64,000 bases of DNA, taken from contig MU058198.1 of assembly GCA_013265495.1 (NCBI GenBank), forward strand, positions 1,500,419 to 1,564,418, written 5' to 3'. The translations under genes were made by a program, and so were the position numbers. Positions 26,325-38,165 of this stretch are shown here, piece by piece. How positions within the stretch are numbered: the first letter of the stretch is position 1; each line of letters begins with the position of its first letter. The notes under the pieces were generated by a model that was not told where the DNA came from, ran no database searches, and saw only the letters and a list, made by a program, of their open reading frames with translations. This DNA comes from Vicugna vicugna. Its lineage: Eukaryota.

Positions 26325-26580
26325 TACAGATTACAAACTGGCAAGAGATGTTGCCTGCAAACATGGTTTGGTCCACAAATTGATTTAAATTCTTCTTTAA
26401 AATTTACTTGCCAACATTTAAAAATCGGATATCAAAACCCAGATTTTCAGCTTCATTTGAAAAATGGGACAATCTGGCAACACCAGCCTGAGGTTCCTGC
26501 ACAATAGTCAGCTGGAGCCCAGGAGAGTCTTCCTTCATTTACCTGCCTGACCCCTGTGGGCATTTGATTTGCAATTGTTG
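26325..26580. mobile_element. hAT-Charlie MITE, MER102-like
   Basis: CAATCTGGCAACACCAG...CATTTACCTGCCTGACCCCTGTGGGCATTTGATTTGC; related to the copy at 37250. Confidence 0.55.
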
Positions 26581-26589
26581 GTCTAAATC

Positions 26590-26800
26590 TCTGCTGCCGA
26601 TTTGTAGCCACAAGCTCCAGGATACCTAGCCACAAGCTCTACGCAGCTATTTGAATTTAAATAAAATTTAAAATGTGGTTCCTCAGATGCATACTTCAGG
26701 TGACCAATAGCTGCATGTGGCCAGTGGCTATCCTGTTGGGCAGTGAGAATATAGAATATTTCCATCATTGGAGCACATTCTCTTGGTCAGTATTGGACTG
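26590..26800. mobile_element. hAT-Charlie MITE, MER3-like
   Basis: CAATAGCTGCATGTGGCCAGTGGCTATCCTGTTGGGCAG...TATAGAATATTTCCATCAT. Confidence 0.65.
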
Positions 26801-29508
26801 GAGGCACTTGAAGTTACTCTGGGTGCCAATCATTCTGCACATGTAAAGATGGACAGTCATTGCTCCTGCTCTCAAGGAACTTTGTCTAGTAAGGAGCTCC
26901 CGTGCCTATGCAGATGAGGAAGGTTGCTCACCGGGTAGTTAGAGGGTACTTGGAAACTGTCGTGAAGGCAAAGACCCTCTGTGCACAGTTAGGGTTATAG
27001 ATCAGATGGGTGGATTAAGGGTTAAATGTATCTGATGTTTTAACTAGAGCCCTTTTATCTGTTTCCAATCTGGGTAGTTATGAATGAATGAATGAATGAC
27101 AGATTGATCTTTAGCCTTGACCTAGTTTTCACTCATTGCCAGTGCACGCACACACACACACCCCCACACACACCCCACACACACCCCACATCCCCCCCCT
27201 CCTACTTCTGGTAACTGGTTCTCACCACTTCTGATTGCCCCTTACCTTGTCTTCATCTCATGGAATATGCTGATAAGGAAACAGATACTTCCATTTCTTT
27301 TAAGTTGAGGGACTGAAACTTGGTTTCCATTTAGAATTTCTGTACCTGAAGGGGCAAATAGCTGTATATCTCTGGGTTACAATAGCCTGATTGGAAGTGC
27401 AGGTACAATCTTGTGTGTGCTCCTGTGCTGATATATTTAGAGTGAATGTGCTTGCCTTATATCATCTTGTATGGGATAGTTTAGAAACCTTTGAGACATA
27501 AATATTTTTGGTTTTTCCCTATATTCTGAAGATTTCCCATGTTACAGAGCCTAACCTAATTTCTTTTCCTTTAGGTGAGATAAAAATATGATCTACCCTC
27601 TCCTCCCTGGCCCCTATATGACACACCATGTTGTCACTTTCTGTGTAAAAAGATACTGTTTCAGACAACAGCCGTGGTATGATTCAGTACACCACACAAG
27701 CAAATCCTGAGATTTGCAAAACAGCATGTGGTATTATACTTCCCTTTTTGGGTTCTGGTAACCCAAAACTGATTCCAGGTCAGGAAACAAGTTCATGCGG
27801 TATGTGTGTGGCAGAGGGAGGGGGCACACAGTTGAGCTTGAAGGCTTTTCAGTTTAGGTAAGGATGGTACTGTGTAGGATATGGGTGTACACCAGAAAGC
27901 AGGGAAGAGTAAAAGCACGGAAGGATAAGCAAGGAGTAAGAGATAAGGGAAGAAGAATAGGAAGGGAAGCTTGGTCATGCCTTTGGTGTTGGCACCTACA
28001 TTGTATTTCCAGTAAGAAGTGTGCACTGTGGTCTGAAGATAAGCGATGCCTCCAACAGGGTTATTTACTCATACTGAAGAACAATAGCCCTTTACTATAC
28101 AGGGATTATTAATGATCAGAGGGAAACAGCTTTAGGAAAATCCATTACTACCACAAAGCAGTAAATTCACCAACAGGCAACACATTTCTTTCCCTCTTCT
28201 GCAGACAAAGCTTAGCACAGATAAAAAGAGGCCTCATTGTTCCTCCTTTATTTCCTCCTATTCAGGTAACATTTGCCTTTGTTAACTCCGAATGCTAAGT
28301 GATTTAAATGGATTATCATGAACGATCCTTACAGCATCTCTTTGAAGAATGTTCTGTCGTTACCCCATTTAGGAAACTGAGGCTCAGGAAGATTAATAAC
28401 TTGCCCAAAGCGGTGAAGTCAGGACTCAAACCGAGATCACTCCACAGCCCACTAGTTCATTGTATTGTATCTCCTATTCCTTACATGTGAGGAAAAACTT
28501 TGAATGCCTAAAACCAAGGTAGTCACTCTCTACTCTGCTATCTAAGGCAAGAGAATGTTTGGTTTGGCATTATAGGAACACTTTAATTTCCTGAAGTTTT
28601 TCCAAATGACAAAAGCTTTAAATTATGATTTTCTGGGTTGGTTTTGACCCCTAGTCATCTGAGTGCAATGGACCTTATTCCCCTAAAGGATTGTTTTTCA
28701 AGAAAATAAGTATCAGAACTCCATTTTGCTATATATTTGGTTTTAAGCTTCATGAGAACATAGTATATCATTTCAGTCCACTGGGAAAAAACCAAAAAAA
28801 CCTAATTGGCCTTAAAAGAACTTGAGGGTGAGGATTATATTATAGCTGTGTGTACTGCCCTAGGAAGTGATAAGGCCGCCTCCAGATAACACAAGTCTTC
28901 GTTTCTTTATCCTGACACCCACAGTGCCAGTCTTGTAAACATCATTGTGAGGCTTAATTTGTATTTTTAAATGCTCTAGGGTCTTCAGATGGGAATCCTG
29001 GTCCAAATACCACTGCATGTATCTCAGGATGAGAATGAAAATTACTGGTGACTATTCTATGTGGGTAGTTTTTTCCTTCTAACAAATATATTTCAAGCTC
29101 CAACTCTGTGCCAGCCCTAGGAGTGTACTCACTGAGACATGGTCCCAAACTTCCATCTCTTTCCCAGTCCCGAAACACACACAGTGGAGGAAGAAAAGTC
29201 AGTCTGGCAGAAAATCACAGTAGAGTACAATGAACATTATGATCGGGATATAGCAGGGATGCTGGCCCAGTGTGAAGAAGGCACCCCTCAAAAAGGGATG
29301 GAAGCCAAAAGATGAGAATCAGCAGGTAGGCAAAGAAAGGATATTTAAGTTGTGTGAGTTGGGGGCTTCATTTGGCAAAAAGCAGCAGCTCCAGATCTAA
29401 GGAGATGGGGCAGCAGGACATGGGCTAGGTCTCCACTGGTACACAATGAACACTTAAGACTGATTTCATTGAGTTTCACAATCTCCACTCTCCCCTGACT
29501 CCACCAAA

Positions 29509-29542
<34 letters not shown>

Positions 29543-29545
29543 ATA
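29509..29545. repeat. (TA)n/(TATG)n microsatellite
   Basis: Direct observation. Confidence 0.9.
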
Positions 29546-30299
29546 TCTCACAAAGTAGTTGGGAGAGAAATTTGACTGCATTACATTCATTGTTTTTTAT
29601 TATTTTTATTTTATTTTATTTTTTAAATTTACAACTAGGGGCAGATCTTTAAAGAACAGGAGTCTCCTTCCACCCGGAGCTTGAAAGTCAGTTAATCTTC
29701 CTTGCCTGCTCTGTCCCTTGTTTGTACTGCAACACTTTTTCTTCAGTAGACGGCAAAGCCTCATGGGAGTCCAACATTTGGAATTCTGACATTCCTGAGA
29801 CCAGAGTCATATTTCTATAAATTTCATCTGAGGAGAGGCGATTTTCATCTCTGCTCTTAAACTCCTAAATGTGCATGCGGGGATGGTCTTTCCAAAGGTG
29901 GAGGAAACTGTTTCAAAGTTAGGGAAAACAGTGAAGTGGATGAAATCCCTAGTCCTAGCAAATCTTCCCACAGGCCTTCTGCAAAGCCCGATCTAGACAT
30001 GCCAAGTGCCGAGAGACCCTTTCACTATGTTTCGCTCTCAGCAGCATGTGGAAGGGTGAGTGGGTGGTGCCTTTTTTTCTTTTTCTTTCTCTCTTTTTTT
30101 TTTAGGAGCTTGATCACTGCCTATTTCAAGTTCCTATTACTGGCTCCAAAATAAAAACAGGGAAAAGCTTGCAGTCAAGGAAATCATCATCCACCTTTTT
30201 TGGCTCTTAATCCCAGCTCTCCTGTCAGTTAGGTGGCATTAGGCAAGACTCTTCATCTGCAAGACTGGTGGAATCATAAGTCCTTACGGTACAGTTTGA

Positions 30300-30800
30300 A
30301 ATTCAGCACATTTCAAAAGATGTAAATCAGACCATGATACTACACTTGCTTAAAGTCTACCAATGTCTTCCTTTTGCTCTCAGACTACAAATCAAAAGCT
30401 CCTTTCCAAGACCCCCAACGTGTCCACCTGTGGCCTCACTTCCCCCGTCAGTTCTCACTGCATTCGCATTGAGGTTGGTTCCCACCTGATAGCCTTTGTT
30501 CCTGTTGTTCTTTCTTCCTGCATCACCTTCCCCTGAACTCTTCCAATTAATAGATTCCTTAACACCATCCAACAGTGAGATCAAATGTCACTGACTACCC
30601 AAAAAGAAAATAACCACCACCCCCACTCACATCGTATTACTGTTTCATTCCTCGAGAGCACATGTCACCATCAGAAATGGTTTTTGCTGTGTATCTGCCT
30701 CTGCCATTAGGATATGAGCTCTAGAAGGACAGGGACTGTGGCTGCTTGTTTGTCACAGGATGCCTGGAACCACATGTGCCTGGCACATGGGCACTGAAAT
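30300..30800 (+). mobile_element. L2 fragment
   Basis: CAAATGTCAC...GATATGAGCTCTAGAAGGACAGGGACTGTG...GTGCCTGGCACAT. Confidence 0.6.
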
Positions 30801-31149
30801 GAGGGCTGGTGCCTCTTCTATGATGTCAGCTCCCTTTGGCGTGTCAGGGACAGGGCTGCTGCCAGGAAACAGAAGAGCAGAGCAGTCCAGCCAGTTGCAC
30901 AGCTGCCTCTAAAGGTACTGGTGTGCAACATCACTACTGAAGAAGGACACTTGGAGGGGAGGGGCAGATGGTATATGGGAAACCTTATAAAAGGGTTATT
31001 GCAATTTACTCTAAGGTGCAAAAAACATGGTCTTGCTCTTTGTAGGAAGGAAACAGAATTGTTTAGTTCCTTTTGTCAACTGGCTAAACTGTTTAAAGCA
31101 ATCAACAGACATTTCAACCTCATTTACTGAGATCGAGCCACCTATTTAG

Positions 31150-31420
31150 TGATTTAAAGTTGGGGCTCTGATTTCAGACTTCTGGTCTGGTCTGAATCCT
31201 GGCTCCACCTCTTACTAGCCCTGTGACCTCACGCAAGTTTCTTAACGTCTCTTTGCATCCCGTTCCTCCTTTGTAAAACAGGATAATGTAGTGTCTACCT
31301 TATAGAATTGTGATGATTAAGGGAGTTAATATATATATGTAAGGTACCTAGAAAGACTAGCACAGAGTAAGTGCAAAGTAGTTGTAGCTATTGCTATCAC
31401 TATCACTATCACTATCACTG
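31150..31420 (+). mobile_element. MIR SINE with (CTATCA)n tail
   Basis: GAATCCTGGCTCCACCTCTTACTAGCCCTGTGACCTC...TTTGTAAAACAGGATAAT; hexamer repeat at 31394-31419. Confidence 0.7.
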
Positions 31421-33760
31421 TTCCTTTAGTGAGCAAAATGCCATCCCCGCCCTCCAGGAATTCAGACTCTAGAAAGGAAAATACGATGAAATTGTTAAAG
31501 AGCAATAGCTGGCTGTGATAGAAGCAGAGAAAAAGGTGCTCCAGAAAAGCTTGAGAGTGAACTGGTGTCCACGAGCTGGTGTGGCCAGCAGAACACAGGC
31601 ATTCTAAGTGGAAGGCTCGGCCAGAACAAACACTGTGGCATGACACAGCAGGGTGTCTTAGAGCTGCAACTCTCAATCTTTGGTTTTTCAAGGCTTCACA
31701 TCACAATATTTACTATCATGTACCTATATTTTAAATCAACTTTAAAATTTCTATAATGCATTTATTGAAAGGAAGCTCTGTATCACTACAAAATTGAAAT
31801 CATTTTCAATCATGAGTTTGATGGGCTATTAAAATACATGAAAAGAATCACACTAAGAAAATAAATATTTTATTGTACTTCCAAAAATTACCTCTCCAAC
31901 CAGTCTTTGGGACGCTTGTTTTAGGGGAAACTTACGACTATGACCTGAGGCCAAAACGCCCTAGCAGCAACATTGGCCTTTTCTTAGCGGCACAGGTTGC
32001 CCATGGTAGGTGCTTGGTAATGAGTTTTTTCCTGGTACTGTGTTTATACATGAGGTATGATTTTAAGAAAGGATCCTGTTTCCACTCACAGTTCCTCCCA
32101 GACATACTTCATATCTCTTATGTTTCCTCATTCTGGGATTTGAGGGTTAAGGAAGTGAAAAGCAGAGTTTGAAGAAATATGGATCTGAGAATAGAAGTTA
32201 TAAAACTTTAACTATAAAAGTTCTGTAAGAAAAGACTATGCAGGCAGTTGCGACTACAGTTCAATGTGGTCCTCTAAACAATTTAATATCCCTGATGATG
32301 CCTATGGGAGAATCCCAGCAGACCCCACTGCATCAGATCAACCCTTGATACTGGTGAAGAAAGAGAAGGGCTGACACTGCCTTGCGTCAGTAGTGAGAGA
32401 TCATTAACAGTTTTAGAGGAATAAATGCTGGTTTCAAGCCATTAATTCCATAGGAAGAAAAACTCTTAGGGAACAGGCACTTTTTCTAAACAAGTTGCTT
32501 CCTAGGAACAAAAATATGAACCAAAAGGAAAAAATCTTCTTAATTTTTGTTTACATATGGCTGGTTTTGCTTCTAGAATCACAGGTTCTGTAACAGCCAC
32601 TTGTTGATAATATACAATGGGGAATACAGCCTTAGACTCTCTGGAAATCTTTGGGACTTGAGTTTTCTGGGTCACCTGATGTTGAGAGAGAAACCATGTA
32701 TCTCCCTTGCAGGATTAGTTTTCAAAACACTTAAACATTAAAAAGTTTTGAAAATAGTCCTAGTAAGTAACAATTGTCCTGCTTGTTACCTTAAGTACCC
32801 TAATTGCAGGGTTTGTGTATTAGAACATGGTATATGATCAGTTACAGTTTGAAGCTGTGGTTCTTAGGGTAGTAGAAAGAAACAAATGAAAGTCAGGCTT
32901 TGGAGAAGGTTGCTGCTGTTTTAATACGCCAGACCTCCTTCACTTTGCCCAAGTGTCAAGCAGTCAAGGAAGTTTCATCTGTTAGCCCCTCACAGGAACT
33001 GACTCATGTATTTTCATATGAAACCATGGAGTTTTAGGGAAAGCCAGAAACTCAGATCTGTTTCCTTACCAGGAAAATTATCAAGTCATCTGGGGTTTTA
33101 TTACAATCAACCACAAAGCATGATGATCTCTCTTGGTTTGTATGAGTCCCTTTTAAGCATTTTTTTCCTGTGAGGTATAACAGATGTGAGAATTGCTCTT
33201 GAATATAACTTCAGTCCTTTTAACTTCTTAATTGGATGAAGTAGTGGTTTCAAGCTTTCCGTCAAATGACTAAGCCTTGGTTCATTCCTCGTTGCGTAAG
33301 AAAGGTCACCAGGGTCAGGGTAAGTAGGAGGGCACTCAAACTCAAAAGAGTGATTCTCTGTAAGGTGAATTTCTTTCAAGTACTTAGAATTTCTAGATAA
33401 ACATAGTTTCTTCCAGCTCCCATGCTTTCTTTAGCTGCCCAAATTTCTCATAAGTTTGGGATCACCCCAAAGCATACAATCTCCATGTACTACCCCTTCC
33501 CCTTGGGTTGGAAATGAGTCTTGTTCTCAAAGGGCAATGAGCAGCCTACTTCTTGATCCACGTGAACCATCTGAGGAAAGTCCGGACTCATGATAAGACA
33601 TCGTAGTGCTTGGCCCGGATACTCACTCACCAGATCTGTCCTCATCTTTCCAGGCTGCTTGCTTTGTTAAAGGCACTACAGTCTTCAATCTCCTAAACCT
33701 AATTAATCACAATCCTCCAGTAGTGGGATTTCTTTTTCTATCTTCCTTGAATTTCCTTTA

Positions 33761-33885
33761 TTTTTAAAATCATTTTTAATTGAGGTATAGTTGATTTACA
33801 ATTTTATATTAGTTTCAGATATACAACATAGTGATTCAAAATTATTATGGATTTATACTGCATTTAAAATTATTATAAAATATTA
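33761..33885 (-). mobile_element. L1 extreme 3' end with degenerate poly(A)
   Basis: + strand TTTTTAATTGAGGTATAGTTGATTTACAAT...GTTTCAGATATACAACATAGTGATTCA, a typical reverse-complement L1 3' terminus. Confidence 0.8.
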
Positions 33886-34129
33886 ACAAGTGACAGACAC
33901 CACCACAGAGGGCAGTCTCCGATGGACATCTCCTGTGGAGGAATACTCAGCGGCTCCTCTTCCAGCAGAAGCACCCCGGTCCCACCTACCACACACCGCG
34001 GTTCAGAAACCCGTGTGGAAGCCTTTATTCCAACGACAGGGGAACAAACCTGGCCCCTTTCAGGGCTGTGATGAGCAAAGAGGAAGCCCTACTCAACAAC
34101 TGGGACTGTATAAAAAGATTATGCAGGCA

Positions 34130-34610
34130 GTTAAAACTACAATATGCTGCCTACAAGAGACCCACTTTAGGGTGAAGGACACATAGATTGAAGGTGAGAG
34201 GATGGAAAAAGATATGTCATACAAATGGAAATGACAAGAAAGAGGGGGTAGCAATCTTCATATCAGACAAAACTGACTTTAAAACAAAGGCCATAAAGAA
34301 AGATAAAGGACACTGTATTATGATAAAAGGAACAATACAAGAAGAGGATATTAACTCATTAACTCCTCAACAGAGGAGGACCTAAATATATAAAACAAAT
34401 ACTAACAGACATAAAGGGAGAAATTGATGGGAACACAATAATAGTCAGAGACTTTAACACCCCACTAACATCATTGGACAGATCTTCCAGATAAAAAAAT
34501 CAACAACGCAATGGAGATACTAAATGACACACAGAACAGTTAATTGACATTTTTAGGATATTACATCCCAAAAAAGCAGAATATACATTCTTTTCGATGG
34601 CAGGTTCTCT
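34130..34610 (+). mobile_element. L1 ORF2 endonuclease fragment (disrupted)
   Basis: Translates to TICCLQETHFRVKDT*...KVRGWKKICHTNGNDKKEGVAIFISDKTDFKTKAIKKDKGHCIMIKGTIQEEDI, the L1 APE endonuclease; carries stops and frameshifts. Confidence 0.9.
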
Positions 34611-34619
34611 AGGATGGAT

Positions 34620-36433
34620 TCCTTTCTCTTTATTGGTGTGTGTACTATTCTAGATTTTGGGTTGTGGTTACCGTGAGATTTATATATAGTAATCTATCTA
34701 TATATCTATTACGGTTTTTTTTTAAGTTACTGATCTCTTAATTGCAGACGCATTTAACCACCCTGCATGTTTACTCCCCACCCCTCGTGATTACTGTTTT
34801 TGACACCACATTTTACATCCTTTTGCTCTGTGTATCCCTTACCCACTTATTACAGATACGGATGATTTTATTGCTTTCATCTTTTAACCTTCCTCCTAGC
34901 TTTGTACATGGCTGACTTACTGCCTTTACTGTATATTTGCCTTCACACATGAGCTTTTCCCTTTTATAATTTTCATGTTTCTAGTTGTGGCCTTTTCTTT
35001 TTGACGTAGTGCAGTCCCTTCAGCGTTTCTGGTAAAGATGTTTTGGTTGTGCTGACCTCTTTCAGCTTTTGCTTGTCTGTAAAACTTTTGAGCTTTCCAT
35101 CAAATCTGAATAAAAGCCTTGCCAGGTAGCGTGTTCTTGGTTGTAGGTTTTCCCCTTTCATCGCTCTAAGTGTACTATGCCTCTCCTTTCCGGCCAGCAG
35201 AGTTTCTGCTGAAAAGTCAGTGGATGGCCTTACATTAGGCCCCTTGTATATAACTTGTTGCTTTTCCCTTGCTGCTTTTAATACTCCCTCCTTATCTTTA
35301 ATTTTTGTCATTTTAATTACAGTGTATCTCGCTGTGACCCTCCTTGTGTTGATCCTATTTGGGACTCTCTGTGCTTCCTATACCTGGATGTCTATTTTCT
35401 TTCCCAAGTCAGGGAAATTTTCAGCTATTATGTCTTCCGTTATGTTCTATGCCCCTTTTTCTCTCTCTTCTTTTAGGACACCTATGCTGTGACTGTTAGA
35501 ATACTTGATATTTTCCTAGATGTTTCTGCATACTTGTGTGTGGGCAGCATCCTGAGCCCCCTAGTGGACAGGGCCATGTCAGGGAGTCTTAAGGCAGCCT
35601 GCCTGCGGGTTGGTGGGCTATGTCCCTGCCTATTGAGGTGCTTGGCCTGAGGCATCCCAGTGCTAGAGTGGACCGGCTAGTGGGTGCGGCCAGGGCCAGG
35701 TGCTAATAAGCTAGAGGGAGGGTTCCAAAATGATGCTTGCCAGCACTACTGTCCGTGTGGTAGAATGAGCTCCCCCAAACGGCTGCCATCAGTGTCTGTG
35801 TCTCCAGCCTGAGCTCCAGTTGCCTCCTGCCTCTCTGGGAGACTCCAAGATCAGGAGGTGGGTGTGACCCAGGCTCCTTTCAAAGTACCACTTCTGCCCT
35901 ACGTCCCAAATCCTGTGAGATTTTGCATGCTCCCTTTGAGAGTGGATTCTCTATACTCCACAGCCCTCTGGGTCTCTGAAAAGGAAGCCCCGCTAGCCTT
36001 CAAAGTGCAATGTTCCGGGGGCTCATCTTCCCGGTGCCAGCCCCCCGGCCTGGCAGCCCAGCGTGGGGCTCAGACCCATTGCTCCTTGAAGACAAGCCCT
36101 GCAGCTGTAATTATCCTCCTTACATCTTTGTTGTAGAACATCTTTTCTGCTAGATTCTGGTCTTTTTCAACAATAGGTGTAATTTTTTTTTAAGATATTT
36201 TAAAGCATATTTTTATTTATTTATTTATTTATTTATTTATTAGGTGGAGGGAGGTAATTAGTTTTATTTGTGTTTAGAGGAGGTATTGGGGATTGAACCC
36301 AGGACCTCGTGCATGCTAAGCATGCACTTTACCGCTTGAGCTACACCCTCCCCTTAACAGGTGTAATTTTTGTGTGTCCCTGAGAGGACGTGAGCTCAGA
36401 GTCTTCCTACTCCACCATCTTGGCCAATCTACC
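34620..36433 (-). mobile_element. L1 5' part: 5' terminus, 5'UTR, partial ORF1 and inter-ORF spacer
   Basis: ORF 34973..35311 (KDKEGVLKAAREKQQVIYKG...DFSAETL...NLQPR..Y.ARL.F) is the L1 ORF1p C-terminal part. The 5' end GGCCAAGATGGTGGAGTAGGAAGAC carries the YY1-type L1 start motif. Confidence 0.85.
36188..36355 (-). mobile_element. tRNA-derived SINE, Vic-1-like (camelid), nested in the L1 5'UTR
   Basis: GGGGAGGGTGTAGCTCAAGCGGTAAAGTGCATGCTTAGCATGCACGAGGTCCTGGGTTCAATCCCC with Pol III A/B boxes and an (AAAT)n tail. TSD AA(T/C)AGGTGTAATTTTT at 36172-36187 and 36356-36371. Confidence 0.85.
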
Positions 36434-36519
36434 TGAATGTCTTTTAGACATACAAGTAGATAGTAAAGAAATAGACTGAAGTTTTTGCATAAGTAAAAAA
36501 AAAATAAAAAGAAGAAAAG

Positions 36520-36980
36520 AAAAGGAAAAGAAAACACCAGTGTCCATCAGCAAGAGAACAGACAGGCGTGTTGGGATATGTTCATGCAGTGGACTGAACT
36601 GCAGTAGTGAGAATACAGGAACTACAGCTACCTGTAACAACAGGGATGAATCGCACAAATATGGGTGAAAAAAAAGCCAGGTGTAATAGGACATAATAAA
36701 GGACATAATACCCCATATATATACATTTTTTTAACTTGCTAAGCAATACTTTGTAATGTTAAGTGTAAAGATATATGTGAGAAAGATAAACAACAAATTC
36801 AGGATAGTGGTTACTTCTAAGAGAGAGGAGGGGGAGTTTGATTTGGAAGGGGTACGATGGAAATTTCAACTGTGTATATAATTTATTCTTTCAGGTTCTT
36901 TGTGTATGTATGGCTGTTAATTATATTACTATCTATATCTTTTTATATATCTGAAATATTTTATAATAAAGATAACTTTA
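36520..36980 (+). mobile_element. Old L1M 3' end
   Basis: CAGTGTCCATCAGCAAGAGAACAGACA...AACAACAGGGATGAATCGCACAAA...AAATTCAGGATAGTGGTTACTTCT. Confidence 0.65.
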
Positions 36981-37249
36981 AAATAATAGGAATTTAATTT
37001 TTAAAACTACAGTTGGCTTCAGGGAATATACTTGAGTTGATTTTCTTAGCCATGTCCTCTGAAATTAAAACTGATGTTTCAGAGTAAAAACCCAGAGGGA
37101 GCCACGAGATCGTTAGTCATCAGAAAAATTTTCAGTTGTGCTTATTTTACAGTTCTCATGTGGACAACAAAGTAGACAAACCATTTTGAGAAATATTTTC
37201 AACAAGGTTATGATGAACTGAAAAGACATTGCCACCTGACAGCCTCTGG

Positions 37250-37558
37250 CTGGAACAGAGCCTACAGACCCACTTTATTTGGCCTTCTGGTACTCACATT
37301 TTCGAAAATAATAAACTGCCATCTTTTCTGAAATTTCACATTTTAAAAATCTGGATTACCACCTATTGTCAAGCTTTCAGGAAATCTGTCATTCTTAGGC
37401 CCTCAATTCTACATGGCAGCCGCTGGCTGGGGCTGAGTAGCGACTGTCCTCTTTCAAGGGGACACATCCTCTCCAGTTGACCACTGTCCCCACCCAGCCA
37501 GGTTCCTTCATTTTGTTACCTGTCAGGCCCCAGAGGCACCTGAGTTTGCAATCTCTGC
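37250..37558. mobile_element. hAT-Charlie MITE, MER102-like
   Basis: GGCTGGGGCTGAGTAGCGACTGTCC...TTACCTGTCAGGCCCCAGAGGCACCTGAGTTTGCAATCTCTG. Confidence 0.6.
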
Positions 37559-38006
37559 ATTAAACTCAAGTTCTCACTCAACTAGAGAATTCAGTTATTC
37601 AAAATGTTCCTTCTCCTAGGCACATAGGTTAGTATTCTTTTACCAGAATACACACCAAAAGCATCATTCCTAAGATATTCTGGAAAATAATTTACTGGTT
37701 TAAAGAACAGTAAATATGAATTTTGATTTTGTCATGTTCATAAAACTGGCCATCATGACAAACAGCACGATTGAGCAACCCGCCACCAAGGGATGACGTG
37801 CAAGGCCGGAGAGGAAATTGCTGGTATGCCAACAACACCGTTCTGGCAATGCTACCAAACAGATCTGTTGAGAAAGAGCAGTTATTTCTAGACTAATTAA
37901 AGGGCTTGATTAAAAAAAAAAACGAAAACAGACATCTGCTTGACTACCTACTGTCAAATTGAATTTTTATGCAAATTTTCCCTCTTCTATTTTGGTGGGT
38001 CAGAAG

Positions 38007-38165
38007 ATGACAACAGCAACTCGACAAGAAGTCCTTGGCCTGTACCGCAGAATTTTCAGGCTTGCGAGGAAGTGGCAGGCTGCGTCAGGGCAGATGGAAG
38101 ACACTATTAAAGAGAAACAGTACATATTAAACGAAGCCAGAACGCTGTTCCAGAAAAACAAAAAT
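38007..38165 (+). CDS. LYRM1: LYR motif-containing protein 1, coding exon 1 ([23 protein letters not shown]...[11 protein letters not shown], 53 aa)
   Basis: Acceptor CAG/AAG directly before the ATG at 38007. LYR tripeptide and downstream Phe of the Complex1_LYR family. Phase-0 donor AAT|GTAAGT at 38166. Confidence 0.97.

Noticed and set aside
33890..35311. ORFs with L1 endonuclease and ORF1p similarity as functional genes or an active L1
   Set aside because: Stops, frameshifts, deletions and opposite orientations; these are relics.
36280..36355. tRNA gene (also 62340-62410)
   Set aside because: The tRNA-like head is followed by a SINE tail and flanked by TSDs, and the acceptor stem is not convincing; these are SINEs.
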